Source: Prevotella sp.
GTDB taxonomy: Bacteria; Bacteroidota; Bacteroidia; Bacteroidales; Bacteroidaceae
Assembly: GCA_016291005.1 (NCBI GenBank)
Contig: JAEEVT010000002.1
Coordinates: forward strand, 6-64,005
Length of the DNA: 64,000 bases
Direction of reading: 5' to 3'
In this document: piece after piece, positions 32,970 through 42,187 of the stretch
Numbering within the stretch: position 1 is the first letter of the stretch
Layout of the letters: each line of letters begins with the position of its first letter
Notes under the pieces: generated by a model
What the model saw: only the letters and a program-made list of their open reading frames with translations
Databases searched by the model: none
Told to the model about the DNA's origin: nothing
Made by a program: the position numbers and the translations under genes

Positions 32970-35471
32970 GTGAAAGACATGAAACAGATCCTCCTTTTCA
33001 TCCTTTTGGCTTTTTTACCATTAACGTTGTCTGCACAGACGACGGAAGAACGCCATCGCGCTATCTATGATGCTGCTGAGCAGGATTATAATATAGGAAG
33101 ACTTGAAGAGGCAGAGAAACAGCTAAAGGACAACATCGACAACTTCCCTGTGGCGCTACGTCAGAACGTCTACCGTATGCTGTCGCTGTGCTATCTGGGA
33201 ATGGACCGTGAAGACGAAGCCGAGCAGTATGTCCGCAATATGTTGGACGAGAATCCTTATTACAGTCCAACCCTTAATGACCCACAGCGGTTCATAGATA
33301 TGGTGGAGAACTTCAAGTCGGGACTTTCAGCCACCATCACCACGGCATCCAGCCAAGCTGAGAACCTGAGCGAGGTGCCTGTGCCTACAACGCTGATTAC
33401 GGAGGAGATGATACACGATTGTAGTGCTCGTAACCTCCAGGAGGTTCTGGCAGCTTATGTACCAGGCATGAACATCGTAGATTGTAACGATGATATCAAC
33501 ATCGCCATGCGCGGCATATACAGTGTTGGGCAGGAAAAGATTCTCATCATGCTCAACGGCCACCGCCTCAATAGTTTTGCCACTAACATTGCTGCTCCCG
33601 ACTTCAGCATCTCGCTCGATAAGGTACGACAGATAGAGGTGCTGCGTGGTCCTGCCTCATCACTTTATGGCGGTGTGTCACTTACTGCCGTGGTCAACGT
33701 CATCACCAAGCAGGGAGCCGATGTTGACGGTGTCGAGGCTCATGCCGGTGTGGGATCTCATGGTCAGCTTAAGGCTGGGCTACTGTTCGGCAAGCGCTAC
33801 TTCGACCTTGACCTGATTATCTGGGGTAACCTGTATAAGGCCTCAGGCGAGAAAATCTACGTCCCACAGGAGGAAACAGGTATGAAGATGACCGATGGAG
33901 ACATCACCGTGGGAAAGATAGGTCCCAAACCCTCCTATGACATTGGCCTCCAGATGAAGTACAAGAACCTGCAGTTCCTTTATAACAGCGCTTTCTCACA
34001 GATAGTGTCCCCCTTCACTATGGGCTATACTATGTCGCCCTACACCATTGATAACTATCGTACCGTCAATAGCATACGCCCCAGCTTTTCGACGCTCTCC
34101 CATCATGCCAACCTCAGCTATGGACAACAGTTGGGCAACTTGTACTTGAAGGGGACTGTCACCTACGACAATAGCGACCTGACGCACTATCAGGTTGTCA
34201 ACGAGCCCCCAGTTTCCGCCTTTATCGAATTGTTGCCTTTGCCCGATATCATCAAGAATCAGCTCTCCGGTCACGAAGGCATTACCCGGTTCCTCAATGG
34301 TCAGGAGCACACCATAGGTGGTAAGCTGCAGGGCGACTGGAGCTATATCAACACCACAAACCACCAGGGACAGCTTTCCTTTGGTGCAGAATACAGCTAT
34401 TTCGAGCTCGACGATGTGCGTTACACTTATGGCTATGACTACAATAAACTTGCCTCTGAGCTTGATTCTATCCAGACCTTAGGCAAAGGTCACGAGAGCA
34501 ACTTCAACGCTTTCGTACAGCTGAAACACCACTGGCGCTCGTTCATTTTCAATACCGGACTGCGCTTCGACTACAAGAACCGCTATAACGGAACCAAGAT
34601 CCGTGAGTTCTCACCACGTATGGCGCTCATCTACGTACAGCCAAAGTGGAATCTTAAGCTCTCTTACTCAAAAGCTTTTATCGACGCGCCCTACATGTAC
34701 CGTAAAATCAACCTCTTCCTTTACAGCTACATGGGCTATCCTGAACTGACCGTTGATCTTGCCCCAGAGTCGCTGCACTCCCTACAGCTCACCTTTGGTG
34801 CCAACCATTGGCTACCGGGACTCAACTTTGAAATCAACGGATTCTATAATAGAGCCCGGGATCTTATTATCCCTAACGTTTCAGAGCATGAGAACACGGG
34901 TAACATTAATACCTATGGTATCGAGCTGTCAGCCAACTACCAGTACCGCCGTTTCTCGTCATATCTCACAGCCACCTGGCAGGATGTCGGCCGTGAGGAG
35001 ATTTATGACTACGACATCAAACAAGCAATCAGCACCCCAACCATCTCTGCCAACGCCGTTCTGGCCTGGCAAGTCACCAAAAGTCTCAATCTTCACACAC
35101 ACATAGACTTCCAAGGCCGTCAGCAAGCATTCTATCTTGATATAATAAACTATGCAGCCTACTATTCAATCCTTTCGTACCTTCGTGATTTGATATTGAA
35201 GTACGAGGCGCGTCCTACTAATGATCTCCAACATGAAATAGACGTAATATTGGGGACGTTAGAGAATCCAAGACAAAAAATGTCCGTCACCAAAGACGTA
35301 CCGGCCCGTGTGCTCTTCGACGTTGGCGCCACTTATAAATGGCGTAACTTTACTTTTGAATTCAATGTCAAAAATCTTTTTAACAAGAATTACAGACAGG
35401 GAGGCCTGTCGACAGGGCTTGTTCCCCAGCGTGGTCGCTGGATGATGTTCGACGTTGCCTATAAATTCTAA
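32970..35471 (+). CDS. TonB-dependent receptor with an N-terminal TPR extension
   Basis: Signal peptide, TPR-like helices, plug (IEVLRGPASSLYGG), barrel ending VAYKF; no SusD partner. Confidence 0.88.
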   Translation: MKDMKQILLFILLAFLPLTLSAQTTEERHRAIYDAAEQDYNIGRLEEAEKQLKDNIDNFPVALRQNVYRMLSLCYLGMDREDEAEQYVRNMLDENPYYSPTLNDPQRFIDMVENFKSGLSATITTASSQAENLSEVPVPTTLITEEMIHDCSARNLQEVLAAYVPGMNIVDCNDDINIAMRGIYSVGQEKILIMLNGHRLNSFATNIAAPDFSISLDKVRQIEVLRGPASSLYGGVSLTAVVNVITKQGADVDGVEAHAGVGSHGQLKAGLLFGKRYFDLDLIIWGNLYKASGEKIYVPQEETGMKMTDGDITVGKIGPKPSYDIGLQMKYKNLQFLYNSAFSQIVSPFTMGYTMSPYTIDNYRTVNSIRPSFSTLSHHANLSYGQQLGNLYLKGTVTYDNSDLTHYQVVNEPPVSAFIELLPLPDIIKNQLSGHEGITRFLNGQEHTIGGKLQGDWSYINTTNHQGQLSFGAEYSYFELDDVRYTYGYDYNKLASELDSIQTLGKGHESNFNAFVQLKHHWRSFIFNTGLRFDYKNRYNGTKIREFSPRMALIYVQPKWNLKLSYSKAFIDAPYMYRKINLFLYSYMGYPELTVDLAPESLHSLQLTFGANHWLPGLNFEINGFYNRARDLIIPNVSEHENTGNINTYGIELSANYQYRRFSSYLTATWQDVGREEIYDYDIKQAISTPTISANAVLAWQVTKSLNLHTHIDFQGRQQAFYLDIINYAAYYSILSYLRDLILKYEARPTNDLQHEIDVILGTLENPRQKMSVTKDVPARVLFDVGATYKWRNFTFEFNVKNLFNKNYRQGGLSTGLVPQRGRWMMFDVAYKF

Positions 35472-35501
35472 GAATGGAGGGAACGGAAAAGACGATGATT
35501 C

Positions 35502-35747
35502 CTAAGAATGTAGGGAACGGAAGATGCGTTCTTTGAGGATTTGGGCCTGTTCAGGGGTCAATAGCTGACAGTCGTCCAAATGAATCAGAATGTCGTAGGC
35601 TTTCAGGTAGGCTGAACGGACAGGAGGTGCTGCCGACAGGTAAGAAGCCCAGTAGGATTCCTTGTCAGGTACAGAATCCAAAGCGTAGCGGATAAAGTCA
35701 TCGTCACGCAGGAACTGCTCAACTTGTGTGTATATTGCTCTTTTCAC
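35502..35747 (-). CDS. Small protein resembling the cytoplasmic N-domain of FecR-type anti-sigma factors
   Basis: FLRDDDFIRY...W..YL...P motif; immediately downstream of the ECF sigma. Confidence 0.6.
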   Translation of the reverse strand: MKRAIYTQVEQFLRDDDFIRYALDSVPDKESYWASYLSAAPPVRSAYLKAYDILIHLDDCQLLTPEQAQILKERIFRSLHS

Positions 35748-35870
35748 GTGCTTCGTCGTTATTTCTAATCTAAAGACGAAGCTGTAGTTAAAATGTCATC
35801 ACTCTACTTATTACCCTTTTACCCTTCTACCCTTTTCTTTTTACCTTTTTACCTCTTTACTTTTTTACCT

Positions 35871-36428
35871 TTACATGGCTGCCTCGCGGAGTTTCAACAT
35901 ACCACGGTGCATCAGGTTACGGACAGAGTGGTAGTTCATCTGCATAATGCCACAGATCTCGTCGTACTTGCGCTCCTCTAAATAATATAAGGTAATGGCC
36001 TGACGCTGGCGACGGGTAAGGTTCTGCATCAGGTGAGCAACCTTAGCCGAACGCATAAACTCTCCCTCTTGGGTCAGATAGTCGCGCTCTACATCCTCGG
36101 CAGCGTGACGGTATTCGTATGACTCAACCTCGTTGGGCGTTGAGAACGTCTGACGACGGAATTCATCCAACAGACGATTCTTCAAAGATATAATAAGGTA
36201 CGAGCACAAGTTGTTAATGGCGTTCTTGTCATGACGCTTGTTGTAGACCTTGATAAAGACGTCGTGGATACAGTCTTTCAGCAACTCCTGGTCATTGGTG
36301 AGTTTCATACCATAATTAAAAAGCATCTGTACGTACAAGTCGTACAGTTCGCCAAAAGCCTGGTCGTTGCCAGAACAGAATGCTGTCACCAGTTGTTGGG
36401 TGCGCTCTTTGAGGTTGGTAGTAGCCAT
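35871..36428 (-). CDS. ECF sigma-70 factor
   Basis: AFGELYDLY, DCIHDVFIKV, LTRRQRQAITLYYLEERKYDEICGIM. Confidence 0.92.
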   Translation of the reverse strand: MATTNLKERTQQLVTAFCSGNDQAFGELYDLYVQMLFNYGMKLTNDQELLKDCIHDVFIKVYNKRHDKNAINNLCSYLIISLKNRLLDEFRRQTFSTPNEVESYEYRHAAEDVERDYLTQEGEFMRSAKVAHLMQNLTRRQRQAITLYYLEERKYDEICGIMQMNYHSVRNLMHRGMLKLREAAM

Positions 36429-36515
36429 AGAATTGGACTTTTTATTTTTGACAGTAGTTTGTTTGATGTTGCAAAGATACGCAAAAAATGTAAGACTACA
36501 CCCACAAAAACTAAT

Positions 36516-36557
36516 AAAAAAGTGGGAAAAATAGGTATTTTCACTATTTTTCCCACT
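36516..36557 (-). terminator. Intrinsic terminator after the pectate lyase operon
   Basis: Perfect 14-bp stem AGTGGGAAAAATAG/CTATTTTTCCCACT plus a T tract on the minus strand. Confidence 0.75.
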
Positions 36558-36563
36558 AAATAC

Positions 36564-39500
36564 TTACTTTTTGCTAAGCCAGTAGATGCCCGCTCGGGTG
36601 AGCTTAACATCCCCGGAAATCGTTTGTAACTGCTTGATTTCTCCTGTTTTAGCATCGATTTCGTGCATCAGGAAGCGTCCTTCAGGCAATTGATACCGAT
36701 AATTACCATTATTTTTCTCTAAGAAAATGATGACAGTCTTATCGCTCTTTAATAAGTAGGCTCCTTCAGCCTGTTCTGGCATGGTATTGGCAGTCTCTTT
36801 TAGGAAATCGGCATCCGTAACAGGGATGGCAGCACACGAACCGCCAGCCATAAACGACGCCCAGCCTAGTTCAGGGAACTTTTGGGCCGAATAGATGACG
36901 GCTTTTCCAGGATATTTGCTGCGATATTCGCAGACAGCCCGATAGACATCCTCAAAACGGGCACTCCCTGTACGTATCTTTCTCATATATTGGCGCTGTG
37001 CCATGTTGACGCCGCCAGGAGGAGCATACTCGCCTTTGTTGTGGTAGAACCACTGTTCAATGTCGATGAAATCGACGATTTTTGAACGAACGGGGTCAGC
37101 AAGGATGGCATCTTGCACGTCTTTGTTGACAGCCAAGTCCACCAGCACCTTGCCGTTTTCCTGTTCCCACTCGGCGATGACGTCAAGCCAGAACTGCACA
37201 AAATGCAACGGTCCTGTAAACTCTTCGCCAATGGAATGTATGACGTTGGGGTATCCCTTGAAGGCATCTAACGTCTGGCGGATGTATTGGCGATGCAGTT
37301 CGCGCAACACGGGGTCTTCTGTATTATAGAATAAGGTCGCGGTAAAGATACGCTTGTCGCCAGTAAAGTTGACGGGTTCTAAGAACGGTGTACCATTAAC
37401 ATTGTTTACTGTACGCCAAGGACAGTCCACCCAGTGAGCGCCTGCCTCCAAGATGTTATGTTGGAAATAGTGCTGGTTTTTGAGCAATATTCCGTTGGAT
37501 TCGGCCTTTTTTGCAAACTCTTGTAGTCTCCAGAAGTACCATTTGTTCAGTTTAGTCAGGTCGTATTTTGACATGCCGTCCCAGGCCAATTGGCTGTTGG
37601 CTATTGGCTGTTGGTCATTAATGCCGATGCGGGCGAAGGGCTGTTCGTAGAAAGGAGCCCAGGCGTCACCGTTCTTGCGGCGGATGCGTTCGTGGTCGTC
37701 GCGACGACGGTCAGTCCATAGTCCATAGTTCTGGCTGAACACCAGAGTATGACTTTGTTGCATGTTGGCAATAACGGAGTCAATGCGGTCAGTACCGCCA
37801 GTACCTTCATATCCAGGTACAAAGCGTGTCAGAGCAGGCTTGGCCTTTGCCATAGCGGCATCGGTAGTACGTCCGTTCCACCAGGGAGTCTGGTGTTTGC
37901 CGCCAACCAGCACGGCATCGTTCATCGTTAACCAGCCGTTCTTGACAATATAGCTGAAGGAACGGAAATCGCGTAGCTGCATTGGCTTAAAGGCAAAAGG
38001 CTTCAGGCTTCCCTGTGACACGTCGCCGTAGAAGACTGTAGAATCTATCCATTGTTGCATGGAAATGCGCGGTTTCATCGCTTCTTCTGCCATGCGTTGC
38101 GCCTCTTCAATAGTGGGCGAACTGCTGGCATTGGTGTTCCTTTGCAGTACACGGCATTGGGCTGCCACCTGTGCTGTGGCCTGCTCTTCCGACTCACCTT
38201 GTGCGATACGTCTTTTCAACAGCTGGTCGGCGAAGAGCGAGTAGGGCTTGACATGTTCGTTCATCTCGGCATATTCGCCATTGCCCTGAATCTGTCCCCA
38301 ACAGCCAATGGAATAGTTGCGGTTCAGCGAGTCAGGCGAATAGCAGAATAGTCCTGAAGCGGTGCTTTGCCATAGAGTGCTGTTGGCTGTGCTCCAGCCG
38401 GCACCGAATTTCTCCAGTTCCCAGTTTTTGAAGCAGAGGTCGTTGCCGTCGATGTTGACCACGTCGAACAGTAAGCCTGGCGCCCAGGACGAGATGGCGC
38501 CGCTGGGACCTAACGACTCATAGCTCTCGCACTGTACAAAGGCATTAGGTCCAGGTGCGGTATGTCCTGCGGCGAAGTCGTTGATGCCATGCTCTGAGTA
38601 ACAGCGCTGGAAGAGCGTCTTCTCGCCAAAGGTTAGGAAGGTGCGGCGGCGAAACCCACCAATTTCAGAGACAGGTTGCAGCGACTGGCAGTCCTCGACG
38701 GCGATTTGCTGGGCTGACTTCTGGATAACCACGGCAGAACCCGCGAAATGGCGGAAGTTCACCATGCGAACCCAGCAATCTTCGGCGTCTGCCATGTAGA
38801 TGCCATCCCAACAGTGACTCTCATCCATCGGCAGGGAGCGGTCGTAGTCACTCTCAAGGGTCATGTTCTCCACACCACACTCTGCAATCAGGCCAGGCTG
38901 TTCATAGACAATGGCCTTAGCACCACCATAACGGCTATCGACGCTACAGGTGATGGGCGCATCGAGGGTTAGTTCAGCGCTGTTGGTGGCCATGATACGG
39001 CGATGCCATACGAGATCCAGATCACCTGAATGCCAAGCCCAGTAGCCCATGCGCTTGCCGCCACCAAAGGATGAACAGCCGAGGGCATCAATCCATTCCT
39101 GCGTTGATGGACGGCAGATGGCGAGGCGGGATGGAGTGGTGAGAGGTGAGTGGTGAGTAGCGAGAGTAATGCTCATGTTACCGGCTTTTACGTCGGCAAC
39201 ATCAAAGCTGTCCTTGACAATGATGTCATGCGTACCTTCTATATATATAAGGGCACCGCGGTCGTAGCCTGTCTTTCGGAGGATGGTTTTTTCGCGTCCG
39301 TTACCCCGTAGGACGACGCCACTGGTACGGATACGCAAAGGTTGGCTTAGCTCGTATGTACCTTCAGCCAGTAGCACGGCACCACGCAATCCCGTCTGCT
39401 TGTCAGGCTTCTGCTTGCTGACATAGTCGATGGCAGCTTGTAACAGCGGGGCATTGTCGCCAGCCTGTGGCTGTACATAAACGGCAACTTTTGCCGATGG

Positions 39501-39614
39501 AATGGGCTTTTCTGAGCGGTGATAGCCACAATACGAGTAATCCATCGGCAGTTTTTGAGCTGCCGATGGAATGACGCAAAGGGTGATGAAAGCTAATGCT
39601 AACAATTTCCTCAT
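36564..39614 (-). CDS. Pectate-lyase-like beta-helix protein with C-terminal DUF6298-like domain
   Basis: DYSYCGY, LQAAIDYV, GVVLRG beta-helix start; QHNILEAGAHWVD; pectin locus context. Confidence 0.7.
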   Translation of the reverse strand: MRKLLALAFITLCVIPSAAQKLPMDYSYCGYHRSEKPIPSAKVAVYVQPQAGDNAPLLQAAIDYVSKQKPDKQTGLRGAVLLAEGTYELSQPLRIRTSGVVLRGNGREKTILRKTGYDRGALIYIEGTHDIIVKDSFDVADVKAGNMSITLATHHSPLTTPSRLAICRPSTQEWIDALGCSSFGGGKRMGYWAWHSGDLDLVWHRRIMATNSAELTLDAPITCSVDSRYGGAKAIVYEQPGLIAECGVENMTLESDYDRSLPMDESHCWDGIYMADAEDCWVRMVNFRHFAGSAVVIQKSAQQIAVEDCQSLQPVSEIGGFRRRTFLTFGEKTLFQRCYSEHGINDFAAGHTAPGPNAFVQCESYESLGPSGAISSWAPGLLFDVVNIDGNDLCFKNWELEKFGAGWSTANSTLWQSTASGLFCYSPDSLNRNYSIGCWGQIQGNGEYAEMNEHVKPYSLFADQLLKRRIAQGESEEQATAQVAAQCRVLQRNTNASSSPTIEEAQRMAEEAMKPRISMQQWIDSTVFYGDVSQGSLKPFAFKPMQLRDFRSFSYIVKNGWLTMNDAVLVGGKHQTPWWNGRTTDAAMAKAKPALTRFVPGYEGTGGTDRIDSVIANMQQSHTLVFSQNYGLWTDRRRDDHERIRRKNGDAWAPFYEQPFARIGINDQQPIANSQLAWDGMSKYDLTKLNKWYFWRLQEFAKKAESNGILLKNQHYFQHNILEAGAHWVDCPWRTVNNVNGTPFLEPVNFTGDKRIFTATLFYNTEDPVLRELHRQYIRQTLDAFKGYPNVIHSIGEEFTGPLHFVQFWLDVIAEWEQENGKVLVDLAVNKDVQDAILADPVRSKIVDFIDIEQWFYHNKGEYAPPGGVNMAQRQYMRKIRTGSARFEDVYRAVCEYRSKYPGKAVIYSAQKFPELGWASFMAGGSCAAIPVTDADFLKETANTMPEQAEGAYLLKSDKTVIIFLEKNNGNYRYQLPEGRFLMHEIDAKTGEIKQLQTISGDVKLTRAGIYWLSKK

Positions 39615-40225
39615 GGTTGTTTTGCCTTTTGTTGTTCAATTCTTTTCATCCATTCGTCGCGCTCTTTCTTCAGGTCGTAGCCGCGGGAGGAAAGCCAGTT
39701 GTTGGTGCGGCCGCGGTACTTGTCGAACCAGAAATGCTTGCCCTTCGAGTCGGCAGCATCCATGGCATACTCGCGGGCCTCCTTGAGCCAGATGAGCACT
39801 TGGAGTTTCTCCTCGTCAGTGAGCGTGGGAATCATGTCGAGCGTCGCATTGTAGTCGCGCTTCAAGCGGCCGAAGGTCATGCCGTCCTTCACAGCATCAA
39901 TCTGTTCCTCCGTCAGGTACTGTGCCAAAGCGGAAGCCAGCTCAAAGTGGTGCTTGTAGAGTTCCGCATCACGTGCATCCTGCTGACTCTTGTCGTACTT
40001 CGAGTGGATGGCGTTTAGCAGGAAGTAGCGATTGGCTATGATGTTACGGACGTTCTCGGCCTTCTTAGTGTCAGACAACTGTAGGCCGTCGACGATTTTC
40101 TGCGAACGGGCTATGATACTATTGACATACGCCGAGTCCAGACCTTCGGTGTTGAGGGAGACGGACTGGGCGCTGATAGGGAGGGTGAACAGCCATAGTA
40201 TGGCTGCATACAGAACATTCTTCAT
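39611..40225 (-). CDS. DUF3826-like periplasmic protein
   Basis: VKDGMTFG, EAREYAMDA, FDKYRGRTNNWLS; signal peptide. Confidence 0.75.
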   Translation of the reverse strand: MKNVLYAAILWLFTLPISAQSVSLNTEGLDSAYVNSIIARSQKIVDGLQLSDTKKAENVRNIIANRYFLLNAIHSKYDKSQQDARDAELYKHHFELASALAQYLTEEQIDAVKDGMTFGRLKRDYNATLDMIPTLTDEEKLQVLIWLKEAREYAMDAADSKGKHFWFDKYRGRTNNWLSSRGYDLKKERDEWMKRIEQQKAKQP

Positions 40226-40229
40226 AGGC

Positions 40230-42038
40230 TTACATGAGCTTTCCTTTTTCGGCCAGTGTGTCGTGGTTGTTCTTCAAATTGGTCCAGTCGACCTTGGTGG
40301 CTGTCGGGATGCCGTTGATGTACTTCTCGATGTTGGTATAGCCGTCGCCATTGCAGTCCTTGACGGCATCGCTGGCATCGTTGGGGTTCAGGCCGTTGGC
40401 CGTTTCCCACTCGTCGGGCATGCCGTCGCCGTCGCTGTCCTTCCAAGGCTCCCAGGCCTTATACTCCGGATATCCGCCCATCTGGCGCGGGTCGGTGATG
40501 ATACCCTGCTTATAGGAATCCTGCGCTAAGCGACGATATTTGAAGAAACCTTGCTCGTTTTTCGACTTCTCGTGCAGTCCCCACATGTCACCATAAGGAT
40601 TCTGGGGAGTCTTGGTTTTCTTCTCAAGTTTGGCCATCTGCTTCTCGTAGTCAGGCACATAGTAAGCTACGCCAGTGCGAACCTCCTCGCAAATGCGCTG
40701 GTCTACGATATCGCGACAGGGTACGGTGGCTCCAGCATTCTGGAGCACCCAGTCGTAAGCCTCCTGAGTGGACATGATAGTGATGGGCGCACATGCAAAG
40801 GGCTCGTTGGAGCGCATCAGTGCCAGTTCGGTAGCATCCATTTCACCATCCTTGTCAGCAGTCTGGATGCCGCCGTTCCAGTTGTCTTTGGTAATCTCGG
40901 GATAGCCCTCCATGATGTTGCCTGAAGCATAGACGCGGCCGAACTGCTTGAAGGGGAACAGTCCCTGCGAGCGGCTCTCGCTCTTCATGATGCGGTGGCC
41001 TACAGGCTGGTCGGAATCAGTCAGCGGTCCTGGCTTGTAGTAGTTGTTGATGAAGTTGAACATCGACTTGTATTCGCCGCCGTCGGCCGTACGGTGTACC
41101 CAGTTATAGACCACGTTGTTGACGTAGTTGAAGACGCCAGCCCAGCCCACGCTCGGGTTACGGCCTGTATTGTCGGCCCAGAGGTTTCGCATAAATGTGG
41201 TATTCTCGCCGCCTATGGTCGAGCCGAAGGCATGGTTCCACGTGTCGAGCGCCTTGGCAGAGATGGTGTTCTGGATGGTGACGTTGACGGTGGGCTTCTT
41301 CTCCTTGGGCTTGCCGTTGTTCATGTCGAACATGTGACGGTAGAAAGAAATGTTCTCGTCCAGACCCCACTCGCACGAACAGTGGTCAATCATAATGTTG
41401 CCCACGGGATTGCCGCCGAAGGAGTCTTCACGGTTCATGACGTTAGTCTCGCCACGGCGGAAGCGCATGTGGCGAACGATGACGTCGTGCGTGTCGACCT
41501 GGAATGACTCTCCGGCAATACAGACTCCCTCGCCAGGCGCCGTTTGGCCAGCAATGGTAATATAAGGAGCACGCACGTAGATGGGCGACTTCAGGCGGAT
41601 GATGCCCGAGACGTTGAACACCACGATGCGGGCACCGCCCTGTTCGCAGGCCCAGCGGAACGAGCCAGGGCCGTCGTCGTTAAGGTTGGTGACGGTGAGC
41701 ACCTTACCGCCACGACCTCCGAAGGTGTACATACCACCTCCTTCGGCACCAGGGAAAGCGGGAATGGTGGCCTGGCGCAGGTCGTAGGGCATGCCTGCCC
41801 AGGGCACGTAGGCCCGGCCAGCCTTGGCCTCTTCGATGACAATAGGAAAAGCCACGGCCCATGCGGAGTCGCTATGAGCCTGCCATTGTTTCTTCTGCTG
41901 TTCGATGAGTGCCTTCGCCTCATCGGTGAGTTGCGGATACTGTGCACTAACGCATAAAGGCAAAAAGGCAAAAAAGTAAAAAGGTAAAACCCATTTTACC
42001 ACACCCATTACCTCACTCATAATCTTTTTCTTTTTCAT
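40230..42038 (-). CDS. Pectate lyase (PL1 family)
   Basis: PAFPGAEGGG, GGRGGKV, TIAGQTAPG, IDHCSCEWGLDE, GRNP, DSDGDGMPDEWE. Confidence 0.88.
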   Translation of the reverse strand: MKKKKIMSEVMGVVKWVLPFYFFAFLPLCVSAQYPQLTDEAKALIEQQKKQWQAHSDSAWAVAFPIVIEEAKAGRAYVPWAGMPYDLRQATIPAFPGAEGGGMYTFGGRGGKVLTVTNLNDDGPGSFRWACEQGGARIVVFNVSGIIRLKSPIYVRAPYITIAGQTAPGEGVCIAGESFQVDTHDVIVRHMRFRRGETNVMNREDSFGGNPVGNIMIDHCSCEWGLDENISFYRHMFDMNNGKPKEKKPTVNVTIQNTISAKALDTWNHAFGSTIGGENTTFMRNLWADNTGRNPSVGWAGVFNYVNNVVYNWVHRTADGGEYKSMFNFINNYYKPGPLTDSDQPVGHRIMKSESRSQGLFPFKQFGRVYASGNIMEGYPEITKDNWNGGIQTADKDGEMDATELALMRSNEPFACAPITIMSTQEAYDWVLQNAGATVPCRDIVDQRICEEVRTGVAYYVPDYEKQMAKLEKKTKTPQNPYGDMWGLHEKSKNEQGFFKYRRLAQDSYKQGIITDPRQMGGYPEYKAWEPWKDSDGDGMPDEWETANGLNPNDASDAVKDCNGDGYTNIEKYINGIPTATKVDWTNLKNNHDTLAEKGKLM

Positions 42039-42187
42039 ATATACACGTTTAAAATTTACTTACCTTTTTTCCTTTACAAGACGTTTTCTAAGGAGCCTTG
42101 TCACACTCACCATCATTAAAATATGTAAAAACGACGGCTGGCTCATTTCTTTTTACTACTTTTGCACCCACGACTAAAACCTAAGCA

